A stretch of DNA of 64,000 nucleotides from Ginglymostoma cirratum (GCA_024137785.1 JAHRHZ010000019.1:24760193-24824192); one strand, 5' to 3'; shown: positions 12,600-25,097, counted from the stretch's first letter. Notes: a model not told the origin generated them from the sequence alone. Numbers and translations: made by a program.

Positions 12600-15500
12600 A
12601 TGGACAACTTGTCACCATTTTGAACAATTTGTAGCAAGCTCCTCACAGTTCTTCATGTCAATAATGCCTTCAAGGAGAACAGCCTGTGTAGTGTCTTCTT
12701 TTTACTGCCCTGGAATGCAGGACACTGAGTTGAGGAAACAGGACCTGGCAAAGGAAATGCTGCTCAGCCTGAGTATAGTGTCCAGTCCATCATTGTTCGT
12801 TTTGTAAGAGTTTTGTCTGAATGCTTGTAGACCTGACTTCAGGAAGGATGCTTGTGTCGTTTAGGGTCCTTCCTATTGAATGTCACTAGCGGTCTTGTGC
12901 ATCACTGCTACACTCCAGGTCACACTGCAGTACAGAATCATGGTCACAACAACCACAATGCCTACTCAAACTATTGTGGAGGTCTTTGTTTCAAAGACAC
13001 GTTACTGTAATTGATAGAAGGCTGAGCTGGCATACCTGATCCAGTGTTGGATCTGCTCAGCAAAGTGACCTTTTGCGAGGAATGGTAATTACTCAACATT
13101 CCAGTGTCTCTCCTTCCATACATGTATAAATATGTAAGTGTAAAATATGTTTCATATATAGTTCTGGAATATTTGACTAACCAGCTATGGGTTGATAGGA
13201 GTTTTGTTCGGCAACACTCAAGGACAGATCAAGTGTCTGCAAATTTGAAGAGATTACAACCGACTTGCTAATTTGGTGCAGAGTGGGCAACAATTCTGTG
13301 GTCATCCACATATTGTAAGTCATATAGGTTTGTGGTGGCCAAATATGTTTTAACCAGAGAGCTCTGTGCTAGGAGCTTTCTATTTAGCCAATATTTAATA
13401 CTCACACCAAAAGGCAGTCAACCTTGGATAAGGTCAATGTAATGGAACCTCCATGACACTGGTGATGCTGAAGGAGGGAGCTCGAGCAGTTATTTAAGAA
13501 TCTCCAGCAACAGATGGTGTTGGTGAAGGAGGGCAGGTGGAACAGTCAAATGGACCCTTTCTAAGCAAAATGGGCATCTTTTGGGGAGGGAGGCCTCATG
13601 GGAAACAGCAGCAAACAAAAAGGATTCCTCAACCCAATGTAATCCACAGGCTCCTTATTCAACTTTAATTTCCCTTCATATTTACAATGATCTGATTTCA
13701 GCAGAATAAAGAATCCCTGCTTCATGATTTTTGGGCCTTCCAATTTCACTGGAAGGTAGGAGGTTAAGAGGCAACCTTGACAGAAGTTTATGAAATAATG
13801 AGAGGTATAGATAGAGTTAATGGTAGTTGTCTTTTGCCTAGGATGGGGGAATTTCAAGACTAGGGGCACATTTTTAAGTCTCTCTCCTCTCACCTTAAAA
13901 AAGACACGGGCAATTTTTTTTATACTGTGGGTGGTTCGCGTGTAGAATGAACTTCCTGAGGTGGTGGTGGATGTGGGTACAATTTAATTGTTTAAAAGAA
14001 ATTTGAATAAGTACATGAATTGGAAAGCTTTGGAGGGATGTGAGCCAGGAGCAGGCAGGTGGAACTAGTTTGCTTTAGCATAATGTTGGGCATGGACTGG
14101 TTGGACTGAAGGGTCTGTTTCCATGTTGTATGACTCTGACTCTAAATGCTTAAGTTTCTTGTTATGTAAATATTCATTGTCAGGCACATTGTTAATAGGA
14201 TGAAGGCTTTCAGAAAACCTTTTGCTTGATGCTGATCAGAGTTTGATGGCATTGGTTTCAGATCTTGTACTCGAGTTATATCATGAAGTAGATGCATGTA
14301 GTAGTTCGACATACAAGTTTCTGAAGAAAAGCCACAGACACTTATGATTTACTGAGTGAAAAGCTTAATTCAGTTTGTTGAATGCAATGAAGAATTTCTG
14401 TTGTTGGTTTTGACACTTCCAGTATTTGTCTCATGATAAAGACCGTGTCAGACATTCCCCTGAAAGGTTCAATGCCCCACTATGTCCCTGGAACGATTCC
14501 CTCAGCCTCAGGAAGTAGGTAATTCAGTGCAATGTGAGTCAGAATTTCTCCTATGTGAAATTCATTGATAATATCCACAGCATGATTCATGATTCATCTG
14601 CCTTCTTGAAGATCATTAAAAGTCGAGATGGTGGGGCAAGCGTTGTCTTCAAATTTGTCTTCAAATCCTACGGATGACTTCATGAAGTCATAATGTGAGC
14701 AAATGGCCATCAATTTGGAGGACCTTGGGTGGAATACTATCAGGCACCGGGCACTGTTGTTTTTCATCCATTTTGTTGCTTGCTGCTATTATCGCAATCA
14801 TTGTGATTCACTCATGGATTCTGCAATACTGGGAAGATAGCCTGGATTCATAGTTATGGAGTTACTGGAAATGTTTATTTTTCCCAGCATTGAAGGATGG
14901 AATTGCCATCCTTAAGAAGAGAGAGAGAACATTCAGGGAGCAAAAAGGATTTTGTCAATTTGACCTTGGTCTTTTGAATGGCCCCTGGTGGCTTCACAAA
15001 AGCCTTGCATGTTGTGACAATCAGTTAATTGTTGGATTTCTCAGGCACTCTTCCTGTGGCTTGATTTATAATGGCCCAGATTTGTCGTTGGACATCAGCC
15101 TTCGTTGTTGAATGCTGCCTTCTTGACTTGTGACCTTGGATTGATCTGCCAGGCAATGAAGGCAGCTGTTTTTGTTCTAGGCCTTGCTTTTACAGTGAGA
15201 CAACGATCTTCTTCATCTTGGAATTTTGTTCCTAGAATACCTTTGTGTTAGTTGGCTGCTCATTACTGATAGAACAAGTTGATGAACTACCCTACAGGGA
15301 TCCAACCCCTACATGGATCAAGCGTACAGACATAGTAGAGCAAGATTAGAAAGATCCATATGTACAGGCGGAGTAGCTCATGTCATAGTGAATTCAGATC
15401 GCATGGAGCCTGGTATCTGGAAGGCTTCAGAAGCATGTCTTCCCATACCATGCCTTGTAAATAGTTATATTCATAAAGCTAAATAAAGTGATGGGAGACA

Positions 15501-16610
15501 ATATCTTCCTACAGACATCACATAGGTCTTTAACTCAAACAAAGACGTCATTCAGGTGGTGAGTCTTTAGACTAGGATGCCTGTGTGGCTTTGTGTTGGT
15601 GGAAGAGCGTGTTTTATAATGATGTCACCCTGAACATTGGTTTTTCCCATGGTATTTTCCCCAGTGAATCTTCTCCAGACAGAGTCACAACCAACCTTGG
15701 AATTAAAGGATTATCTTTTCTTTTGAGATGGTAGAGAGGACTTCATTAAAGTCAGAAACTTGCCTTGATGCTTTATCAAGAGAAATAAGCACCGATGACT
15801 TTGGGATAATATTAATGGTTGAGCTGGAAGTGTGGTGTCATGATCCATTCATTTATACAACTGGGAACTCTGGCAGTGTATCCAAGATGCTGTTCTGGGT
15901 GGCACAGTCAACTGCTAGATTTCAGGGTCACCATGAGGCTTTCCTCTCCAGTAGATGGTGCATCTTTCTGCTTGCTCCTTCAACTGGCTGTCCTTGGGAA
16001 GGTTGATTTCAGAGAGGGCAATGATATCGATTTGGAGCCCTGACGATACATATGATATACTTGATTGGCAATACAGAAAAATGAACTAAAGATTGCTGGA
16101 ATGCTCTAATGTCCCAAACTACAAAATTTGAAGTTTTCCTTCTTTGACCACGAAGTTGATGCCCATTGTTAGGTATGGTTCCCCACACAGGAGTTAGTGG
16201 GACACCCCTATTTTTAGAGCACCTTTTCTAGCCTGTTTCCCATTTGGATGCGTTGAGGATGGCTAGAAGAGGATTGCTGACTCTCAAATGCTGCTGTCCA
16301 AACAAAACCACTGTCCCAAAAGAGATGTCCAACAGCCTTCATGAATCCATTGCCAAGGTGTAGATTACTTTACTGAGACTCCCAAGTTTGCAGCCTTATC
16401 CCCATCACCAATTTGCCATCAGCATGGCACTTTACAAATGAACCCTGGCTGAAGGTTATGCATGATTCTTGTTTACCCCAAGTGTGGGGACCTTGGGGTG
16501 CAAACACAATCTACACAACCTTGATGGGTTGGTGGACAGATTGAGGTGGTGTGGGGTGCCACAATGACAGAGACCACTGTCTCTTCAGCCTTCTTCTGTC
16601 TTCGTGGTCG
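12600..16610 (-). mobile_element. Near full-length, heavily decayed RTE-clade LINE
   Basis: Endonuclease-start-like VVWDIRAF near 16100-16130 (minus), RT remnants 12900-13550, similar to copy at 53300-54720; interrupted by a CR1. Confidence 0.65.
13782..14143 (+). mobile_element. CR1 3' end nested in the RTE
   Basis: Matches 5065-5410; ends atgactctgactct. Confidence 0.85.
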
Positions 16611-17077
16611 GTGCTCCACCATTGGTGGTCATCTTGAATCCCACTGTGGCAAGGAGTTCTGAAAACATTGCTGAAAGACTTGTTAGAGTATGCAAGCCTC
16701 TCCAGCATGTCAAGGTCGAGATCTACAGAGCGGTTGCCCCTACACTACCTGACTCTTTACAGGCAATTGCTCCTTTTCTATATGTAAGAATTAAATTGAC
16801 TCTGGTCGAAGTTAGCTTTAGGACAATAGTGACCATTTACTTCTGCTATGACGCAATGTAAAATGCAGTACACAGATCTCAACACCTTAAGACTATACCC
16901 CGTATAACCATCACCTATGCTAGTGTTCAGATGTTTTCTTTTCTTTTTCAGATTTGTAAGAGTGTGGCAATTAGCATTAACAGCCAAAAAGAATATTCAG
17001 ATTCCTGGATCCCTGTTGTTAATACGAAGGAAATAACAGACAAGAGATTTGAGATGATAAAAGCAAGATAAATCACA

Positions 17078-17875
17078 GACCGCTTTGCAGAACACCTGCG
17101 CTCAGTTCGCAACAAACAACTGCACCTCCCAGTCGCGAACCATTTCAACTCCCCCTCCCATTCCTCAGATGTCATGTCCATCCTTGGCCTCCTGCAATGC
17201 CATGGTGATGCCGCCCGAAGGCTGCAGGAACAGCAAATCATATTCAGCCTGGGAACCCTGCAGCCCATTGGCATCAATGTGGATTTCACAAGCTTCAAAA
17301 TCTCCCCTCCCCCAACCGCATCCCAAAACCAGCCCAGCTCATCTCCACCTCCCTAACCNNNNNNNNNNNNNNNNNNNNNNNNNNNNNNNNNNNNNNNNNN
17401 NNNNNNNNNNNNNNNNNNNNNNNNNNNNNNNNNNNNNNNNNNNNNNNNNNNNNNNNNNNNNNNNNNNNNNNNNNNNNNNNNNNNNNNNNNNNNNNNNNNN
17501 NNNNNNNNNNNNNNNNNNNNNNNNNNNNNNNNNNNNNNNNNNNNNNNNNNNNNNNNNNNNNNNNNNNNNNNNNNNNNNNNNNNNNNNNNNNNNNNNNNNN
17601 NNNNNNNNNNNNNNNNNNNNNNNNNNNNNNNNNNNNNNNNNNNNNNNNNNNNNNNNNNNNNNNNNNNNNNNNNNNNNNNNNNNNNNNNNNNNNNNNNNNN
17701 NNNNNNNNNNNNNNNNNNNNNNNNNNNNNNNNNNNNNNNNNNNNNNNNNNNNNNNNNNTTTAGGCCCGAAACGTCAAGTTTTCCTGCTCCTATGATGCTG
17801 CTTGACCTGCTGTGTTCATCCAGCCCCATGCTTGTTATCTCGGATTCTCCAGCATCTGCAGTACCTTTTATCTCT
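17078..17875 (+). mobile_element. Penelope-like element: GIY-YIG C-terminal half, N gap, hammerhead-bearing terminus
   Basis: DRFAEHLRSVRNKQLHLPVANHFNSPSHS...LGTLQPIGINVDF; terminus resumes after the gap with ggccc-GAAA-CGTC. Confidence 0.88.
17359..17758. other. Assembly gap (400 N)
   Basis: Run of N. Confidence 1.
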
Positions 17876-18734
17876 GATAGCTTTAAACCATTGGAGTTTC
17901 TTTTCTCAATGCATCAGATACAAACACACAGTGCTAATTCTGATTCAACTGGCAAGAGGTACAAGGCTCCTAAAGTGTGCATTACTCATCCAGCATAACA
18001 GTAAAAACTTCAAAATAAAATGGCATGATTGGTAACCACTTCTCCGTGGTTCTTTGAGGAATTTCATTATATTTGATGAGAATTCACAGCTATTTATTTA
18101 ATTAAGAAATGTTAAGGACCATTTGCTCCCCCATCCCTGCAGCACAATGAACTTGTTTTTTGTTATCACTCCACTGCTGAAAGATGTGCCTTTTCACACT
18201 TTGAAGTTTCATAATTTAATTGCTACGTGTCCAAGTGAAAAATGTCAGCTTCCAAATTCAGTTCATATGAAAAATGAAATAAAAGATGAAACAAGTTCCC
18301 AGAGATACTGGTGAAAAATTACATCTAAAAATACAAAAAGAAAAGCTATTGTATTGCAACATGCAGTATTTCTGCTGCCTATTAGCTTCCAGATAATTGT
18401 AGGTGGGGAGGAAGGACAAATTATGTAAACAGTGGTCTTTGTATCTGGCTCCTGCCTGATTGAGATGTCATTCTCATTGTTACTTCATGTTAAAGCAGTT
18501 TATTTGCAGACCCCTCTTTCAAAAATAGAGAGGAACATCTGGTTAGTGACAGGATTGAAAGTTAGTTAATGAGGGAAGAAATAGTATTGAGTGCAAGGTG
18601 GCAGGTCCCATTAAAATGTCAAATCAAAGAATTTGGCTGATCGAGGATGTGGCATATATTTTATTCTTAGGAAGCAACACACACTCAACAACTAACACTT
18701 AGATTCTGTTGTTGCGGAGAACTAAATCCAGGCA

Positions 18735-19790
18735 GTGCATAGTCAATTGGATACAAAACTAGCTTGAAGGATGGTTGTGGTAGAGGGTGCATTTCAGTCT
18801 GGGGGCCTGTAATGAGTGGTGTGCTACAAGGATGGATGCTGGGTCCACTGTTTTTTGACATCTATATTCACATCCAAATCATTTGTATAAGAGACATGGT
18901 TAGTAAGTTTGCAGACGGCACCAGAATAGGTGATGTAGTGGACAGTGAAGGTTATCTCGGGGTACAACAGGGCCTTGATCAGATGGGCAAATGGGCTGAG
19001 GGGTCGCAGGTGGAGTATAATTTAGATAAATGTGAGGTGTTACATTTTGATAAGGCAAACCAGGGCAGGATTTATACAGTTAATGACAGGGCCCTGGGGA
19101 GTGTTACTGAACAAAGAGACCTGGGGATGCAGATGCATAGTTCCTCAAAAATGGAGTCACAGGTAGGGTTGGGGGGGCAGCATTTGGCACATGTACCTTC
19201 ATTGGTCAGAAATTGAGTATAGGAGTTGGGAAGTCACGTTTTGACTGTACAGGACATTGGTTAGGCCACTTTTGGAATACTGCGTACAATTCTGATCACC
19301 CTTCTAGGGAAGAGGTTAAACTTGAGAGTGCAGACAAGATTTACAAAGATGTTGCTGGACTGGAGGGTTTGCTTTATAGGGAAAGGCTGGTTAGGCTAGG
19401 GAATTTTTCCCCCTAGAGCGGAGGCTGAGGGGTGGACATTATTGAAGTTTATAAAATCATGAGGGGAATAGATAGAATGAACAGCCAAGGGTGTTGCTAG
19501 GCTAGGGGAGTCCAAAACTAGAGGGAATAGGTTTAAGGTGACGAGGGAAAGATCTAGAAAAAATGACTTGAGGGATAACTTTCATGAACAAGGTGTGCGA
19601 GTACGGAACGAGCTGCCAGAGGAAGTGGTGGAGGCAGGTACAACATTTAAAAGATCATCTGGATGGGGATATGAATAGGAAGGGTTTAAAGGGATATAAG
19701 CCAAATGGGACAAGGTCAGATTGGAATGTCTGGTTGGCATGGTCGAGCTGGACTGGAGGGTCTGTTTTCATGCTGTATGACTGATTCTAT
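18735..19790 (+). mobile_element. CR1 LINE RT/3' fragment
   Basis: SGVLQGWMLGPLFF, SKFADGT (FADDT-derived), LDKCEVLHF. Confidence 0.92.
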
Positions 19791-21169
19791 GTGGAAATAA
19801 TAATTCTTGTATTATCTTCTGGGTCCACTGGGCAGTACAAATTCATGAATTTTTATTAAGTTTTATATCACTTCACTTTTGAGGCAATGATCTTGCCGAA
19901 ACTTTATGGATTGATAAATTTATTGTATAACTATGGACAGTCTGTGGAAGGAACAAGCTTGGCTTGACCCATGCCAATACCATTTCATAGTGATCCATTG
20001 CCAGATCTTGTTGGACTACATAAAGGACGACAGGGCCTGTTTTCTGTATCAAATTTGCCACAATACCAAGATGATCTGAAGAGCGAAGATAGCCTCCAGC
20101 CTCTTTCTTCCAAAACCAATCATCTTTAACCCATCTTCCTTTCCTCATTATACTCCCATTAAGTAAAATAAACTCATACTTTGTCACCAACATTGGTGAC
20201 AATTTGTTCTGTTGCTTCCTTCCTTTATCCTTAGTTGGCAAAGCCAAGTCAATCTACACTTCTTTCTAGTTTTCTTGAGTGCATCTCATCCAAAACATCA
20301 AACATCAAACTCCTTATGAAGCTGCATGCAAATCAATATTCTGACTGGTTCCCCTTTTACTGTGTTCCATCCAAACAGCCAATATCAAATGAATGTGGTT
20401 GTGGTATATTTCATTTCTGCCCTCTTGAACACTCTGGAGACTTTGTGAAACCTGATTTACAAGGCTGTCCATTGTTTTTACCAGGCGAGGCAACTTGGAC
20501 TGATGTCTCTTTGTCTTGTTTTGCTTGCACAAGATCTGAATTTTTAAATGGATGCTGTTTTGTCATTTCAATGTTGCCTAGCTGTCCATTTTATAAAAAT
20601 AATTTATGCAGGCATTCATGGGTTACACAAGTAATGAATTAGTTTTACTCCTAAAAAATACCCTTGAGGAAAAACATTAAAAATGTACAAATACACCCTA
20701 TTCTCCACTAATGCCTACAAACTAATTCAAACCTGCATGCAGAAAAACACAACTTATCAAAAGTTAAACTTTCCCAAGTTAAAGAACAAATTTCTAAAAA
20801 GTCAATAAAATTTAACACTATATCGCAAGCAATTTCTTCTCCTGAAGTCAATTTGAGGCAAAGGCTGATCCATCTCTTTCTGACTGTAGAATGCCAATGA
20901 CTTTCAGTAGTCTCCTGTTGGAAGTCCATAGACACACTTTTCTTTCTTAGTAACGCAGGGGTTCAGGATGGTATAGAGAGAGCTAGAGACCAGTTGCTCA
21001 CTCCAGAGTCAATAACCTGACATAGATGAACGTTAACGTACAAGATTTGTTATCCATCACTCCAATTTCTATTAATTACACACAATGCTTAAAAATGATT
21101 GTAGTGTAATGAAGAACAATAAACTACATCATTTGGTTTGATTCAATTGTTTCATATGCTACTTTTCCC

Positions 21170-21480
21170 ACAACTGAAATACAAATGTATTTATACAGCA
21201 CCTTTCACAAATTAAAATGACTGAAATCATGTCACAGTCAAAGGTGGAATTTTTAAAATGTAGACGCTGTTATAGAAAACGCAGCAGGCAATTAACTCCC
21301 AGTGTGTGCAAACAGCAATAAAATTAATGAGCGGGTTATCTGTTTTCATGATATTTAATCATTAAACCTTGGTCAAGACCATCACGAGAACTCACCTGCT
21401 TCTTTGTAGCACTCCCTTAGTACTCCAAGTATTACGTAAGATAACATGCTTCAGAATACCACCACTCAACTACAGATGTG
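21170..21480 (-). mobile_element. Decayed Deu-domain SINE-like element
   Basis: gtatttatacagcacctttcac tail and internal similarity to 42850-43230. Confidence 0.5.
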
Positions 21481-21611
21481 ACTGTTAATAATTTCAAAAT
21501 TCTCAGATTTATCAAACAAGAAGTACTATTAATGATTAAAGTGTCAGAACATAAACTATTTCAAAGGAAAGAACAGAAAGCACAAGAGAAAAGGTTTGTC
21601 TCCTCTGAATC

Positions 21612-21617
21612 TTTATT
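21612..21617 (-). promoter_or_regulatory. LRPPRC polyadenylation signal AATAAA
   Basis: ~105 nt after the LRPPRC stop, followed on the minus strand by a U/GU-rich tract (cttttctcttgtgctttctgttcttt). Confidence 0.7.
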
Positions 21618-21722
21618 TGTCACATTAAATACTTCTGTACAGTCAAACACGGTTAAAATTAACATTTCAGAAATACATATTCATCAGAATCTGGCTCAAA
21701 AGTATCAAAGTGTCCGATAGTT

Positions 21723-21803
21723 TCAATCTCCATCTTGATTTTCATCAGAAGATTCTGCTGCCTTTTCTTGCCTTAGCTTGTCTGCATAAAATTTGAAACT
21801 TTC
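21723..21803 (-). CDS. LRPPRC: LRPPRC last coding exon (exon 38 equivalent)
   Basis: CAG acceptor; ESFKFYADKLRQEKAAESSDENQDGD* (TGA). Confidence 0.93.
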   Translation of the reverse strand, partial: ESFKFYADKLRQEKAAESSDENQDGD

Positions 21804-23732
21804 CTGTTTAAAAGAAGAATAAAATGTTGAATGATTTAGATGAACAAAGTGTTGTATTCTTGATATGTGTTGGTTTGTACTGTTATTTAAAGCATTGCAT
21901 TTAAAAATATTATACCTATATTGATGAAATAACTTTCAATCCAAAAGGTACAATTCTTTGAATAGCATTGTAATTATGTTTTGAAAGGCAAAGTATGACT
22001 AAATACCGACATGTCACATTCTAAACTGTTGGAGCCTTAACATTTAAATGCTCTGACCTTTTCTGCAGTGATGGTATTAGCATTATTGAAAAAAAGTCAG
22101 CACAAACTGAATAGCGTGCTGCATATAAAAAATCCAAAGCAAAAACGGGGGGATTCATGGAACCCGCAACATGTTGGGCACAATTAAGCTCAGTTTACAG
22201 AGTTAGATATCACTTTGTAACAAACTTGACTCGCTATACTCCTGGAATAAATTAGCAATGATACAAATTCCATTTTGAAATATTAACTCTGCTTCTCTCA
22301 CCACAGATACTGCCAGACCTGCTGAGTTTCTTGAATGTTTGCTTTGTTTCAGATTTCCAGCATCTGCAGTATTTAGCCTTTATTGCAGGCCACTCAAATA
22401 CTTTGCATTGATGAGCTTAGATAGAAATTTAAGGGCTTGCAAAACCATCCTGGTGTGAAAATATACTGCTTCTCCTTCATTACTACAAACCCTACGAAAA
22501 TCCTGTAACTCCCTTCTTAACAGTACTGTCTGTTCCTGCACCCTCACATGGACAACTGCAGTTCAAGGATGCCTTCCTCTACCTTCTCAAGGCCAATTAG
22601 GGATCGGCAGTAAACATTGGCCTTGTACACATCCCCTGAACAATTAAAAAAAAACTTTGCAATTAAGTCAGAAAAATCAAAGAAAAGTAAAGGGATTTCA
22701 CAACTCTGCAAGCAGTGGAATATAAAATGCAATTTATGACACATGCAACATAGCCATTAATATGACATAAGTGTTCTGGTTCTGTTATAAATCAATGTCA
22801 GTTTTTCTACTTGAAACGTTCCAAATGGTCAACATTGCAAATTTGTGAACAGGCAGTTACATACCTAATATTTGCCCTACCTACAAAGCTATTATAATCT
22901 AATTCAAACAAACAAGAAGGAATAAGCCATTTAGCCTCTTGCATCATCTTCTTGTTCAGTAAGATCATGGCTGATCTGACCAAGTTCAAATCTAGATCGT
23001 TGCTTTCCCCAACAGCCTTTCGCTGCCTTATTTAACAAGAATCCATCTGTCTGCCTTAAAAGTATTTGATGACTCTCCTCCATCTTTTCAGAAAGACCGT
23101 TCCAAAGATACTCAACTCTCGTATTTCTGGAAAAAATATTCAGTCATAAAATTCATTTATCAATCTTGATTGAACCAAAGACCTGGTTCTTGAGGTGAAA
23201 TTTATATGTTTCAACCCAACTATTGTCATTAGGGACTCCATTATTCGGTATTAATTTGTGAATTTATTGACTTGCACATCTCTCAGTTACTGACTACACA
23301 CATTGTTCTTTACATGCTTTGCACTTTATTTCTCTTTATCTACCACTCTGTAGACAAAAATTACAGGAATTTGCTTCCCAAGGGTCAAGGATGGTCATAC
23401 AGTTCTCAGTGAATACACTTCTGCAACAAACATTAAAATTAGGAATTCCAAGCAGGAACCTGCATCCTGCCATTTTGAGGGTCAGCAGGTTTGGTCATTC
23501 ATCTGCTGCCATATTGTATTCATTTATTCACACCCACCTATTGTTTCTGAAAACTCGGACAAAAAGACTCAACATGCTGTCTGTACTACAGCAATGAATC
23601 CTGTAACGCACCTTCCAAGGTTGAAACCCATTCTTCACTGACATGCAAAATCAAACAAGTCACCAGTTGCTGCCTAACAAGGTGTAGAGCTGGATGAACA
23701 CAGCAGGCCAAGCAGCATCAGGGGAGCAGGAA

Positions 23733-23768
23733 GGCTTACGTTTCGGGCCTAGACCCTTCATCAGAAGT
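23733..23768 (-). ncRNA. Minimal type I hammerhead motif (GUA triplet), sense to LRPPRC pre-mRNA
   Basis: CTGATGA-a-gggtctaggccc-GAAA-CGTA on minus strand; helix I weak. Confidence 0.6.
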
Positions 23769-23832
23769 GGGGGAGGGGAAGAGGGTTCTGAAATAAATAG
23801 GGAGAGAGGGGGAGGCGGATAGAAGATGGATA

Positions 23833-23982
23833 GAGGAGACGATATGCGGAGAGGAGACGATATGCGGAGAGGAGACGATATGCGGAGAGGAGACAGACAT
23901 GCGGAGAGGAGACAGACATGCGGAGANNNNNNNNNNAGACAGACATGCGGAGAGGAGACAGACATGCGGAGAGGAGACAGAC
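23833..23982. repeat. 18/19-bp minisatellite inside PLE arm (10-N gap at 23927-23936)
   Basis: gatatgcggagaggagac x3, then agacatgcggagaggagac x>=4. Confidence 0.9.
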
Positions 23983-24744
23983 AGGTTAAAGAGGCGGGGA
24001 TGGAGCCAGTAAAGGTGAGTGTAGGTGGGGAGTTAGGGAGGGGATAGGTCAGTCCAGGGAGGACAGACAGGTGAAGGGGGCAGGATGATGTTAGTAGATA
24101 GAAGATGGGGGTGGGGCTTGAGGTGGGAGGTGGGGATAGGTGGGAGGACTTCCCACTTCCTACAGACAAAGAGGGTGGCCATGGGTACCCGCATGGGCCC
24201 AAGCTATGCCTGCCTCTTTGTAGGTTACGTGGAACAATCCCTCTTCCGTAGCTACACTGGCCCTAAACCCCTCCTCTTCCTCCGTTACATTGATGACTGT
24301 ATCGGCGCCGCCTCGTGCTCCCACGAGGAGCTCGAACAGTTCATCCACTTCACCAACACCTTCCACCCCAACCTTAAGTTCACCTGGACCATCTCTGATA
24401 CCTCTCTCTCCTTCCTGGACCTCTCTGTTTCCATCTCTGGCAACCACCTGGAAACCGATATCCATTTCAAGCCCACTGACTCCCACAGCTTCTTCAGAAC
24501 CTCCTTCCCCGTCACTTCTGAAGAAGGGTCTAGGCCCAAAACGTCAGCTTTCCTACTCGGCCTGCTGTGTTCATCCAGCTCTACCACCTTGTTATCGCAG
24601 ATTCTCCAGCATCTGCAGTTCCTACTATCTCTGAACCAGTTGCTGGCTAGGTTGCTTTGCAGAGCATTTCACAGTATTGCCCTGGATTTACCTCAGTATG
24701 GATCAGAGGCTGAAACCATGGATTATTAAAGTGGGAATACTCAC

Positions 24745-24887
24745 AGGGGGTTCAGTGAAAGACAGAGATTCTCCTGAATTTTTCAATAGCACAGCAAGGC
24801 GCTTCAGGAACAACTCATCTGGTATCAACTTTTCTTCTTTAACCTTTTCATACAAAGCCTTCGCAGACACAACATCATTGTCTAATG
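24745..24887 (-). CDS. LRPPRC: LRPPRC exon 37 equivalent (143 nt)
   Basis: AG/GTGAGT; LDNDVVSAKALYEKVKEEKLIPDELFLKRLAVLLKNSGESLSFTEPP. Confidence 0.95.
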
Positions 24888-25012
24888 CTGGAGAAGAAAC
24901 AAAAATGAAGATATTTGTAATAGCCTTATATTGTGGCTAAATACTGAATTGTTATTACTCCAAATAAATTTGACCTTATTTAGCAAAATAAGCAAGACAT
25001 CAAATAGCTTAC

Positions 25013-25097
25013 CATAACATTTCATTAGATATGAGTATGCCACTTCTTTTTCTGGAAAATCTTTGATCAGATCAAGGAGCCCAGTGATCTTATGAGC
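25013..25097 (-). CDS. LRPPRC: LRPPRC exon 36 equivalent (85 nt)
   Basis: AG/GTAAG; AHKITGLLDLIKDFPEKEVAYSYLMKCY. Confidence 0.93.

Larger units (their letters stand above)
23677..24634. mobile_element. Rearranged Penelope-like element: inverted terminal arm (-) plus RT fragment and terminus (+), with TSD
   Basis: RT motifs QTKRVAMGTRMGPSYA, RYIDD, FLDL at ~24148-24490; hammerhead motifs 23737-23764 (-) and 24518-24545 (+); flanked by accagttgctg(c/g)cta at 23662-23676 and 24635-24649. Confidence 0.9.

Noticed and set aside
17085-17829. 236-aa and 158-aa ORFs
   Set aside because: Their length comes from translating through the 400-N gap
20300-20600. Alternative LRPPRC terminal exon
   Set aside because: No good polypyrimidine acceptor; the canonical last exon with stop and polyA signal already lies upstream
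23833-23982. Possible CRISPR-like array
   Set aside because: Units are directly tandem with no unique spacers; eukaryotic context
23660-24202. 180-aa repetitive ORF and overlapping DMRRGD ORF
   Set aside because: Translations of the minisatellite and low-complexity PLE tail
24085-24729. 214-aa ORF as a novel RT gene
   Set aside because: Chimeric read-through of an inverted arm, a PLE RT fragment and the terminus; lacks N-terminal RT motifs and endonuclease
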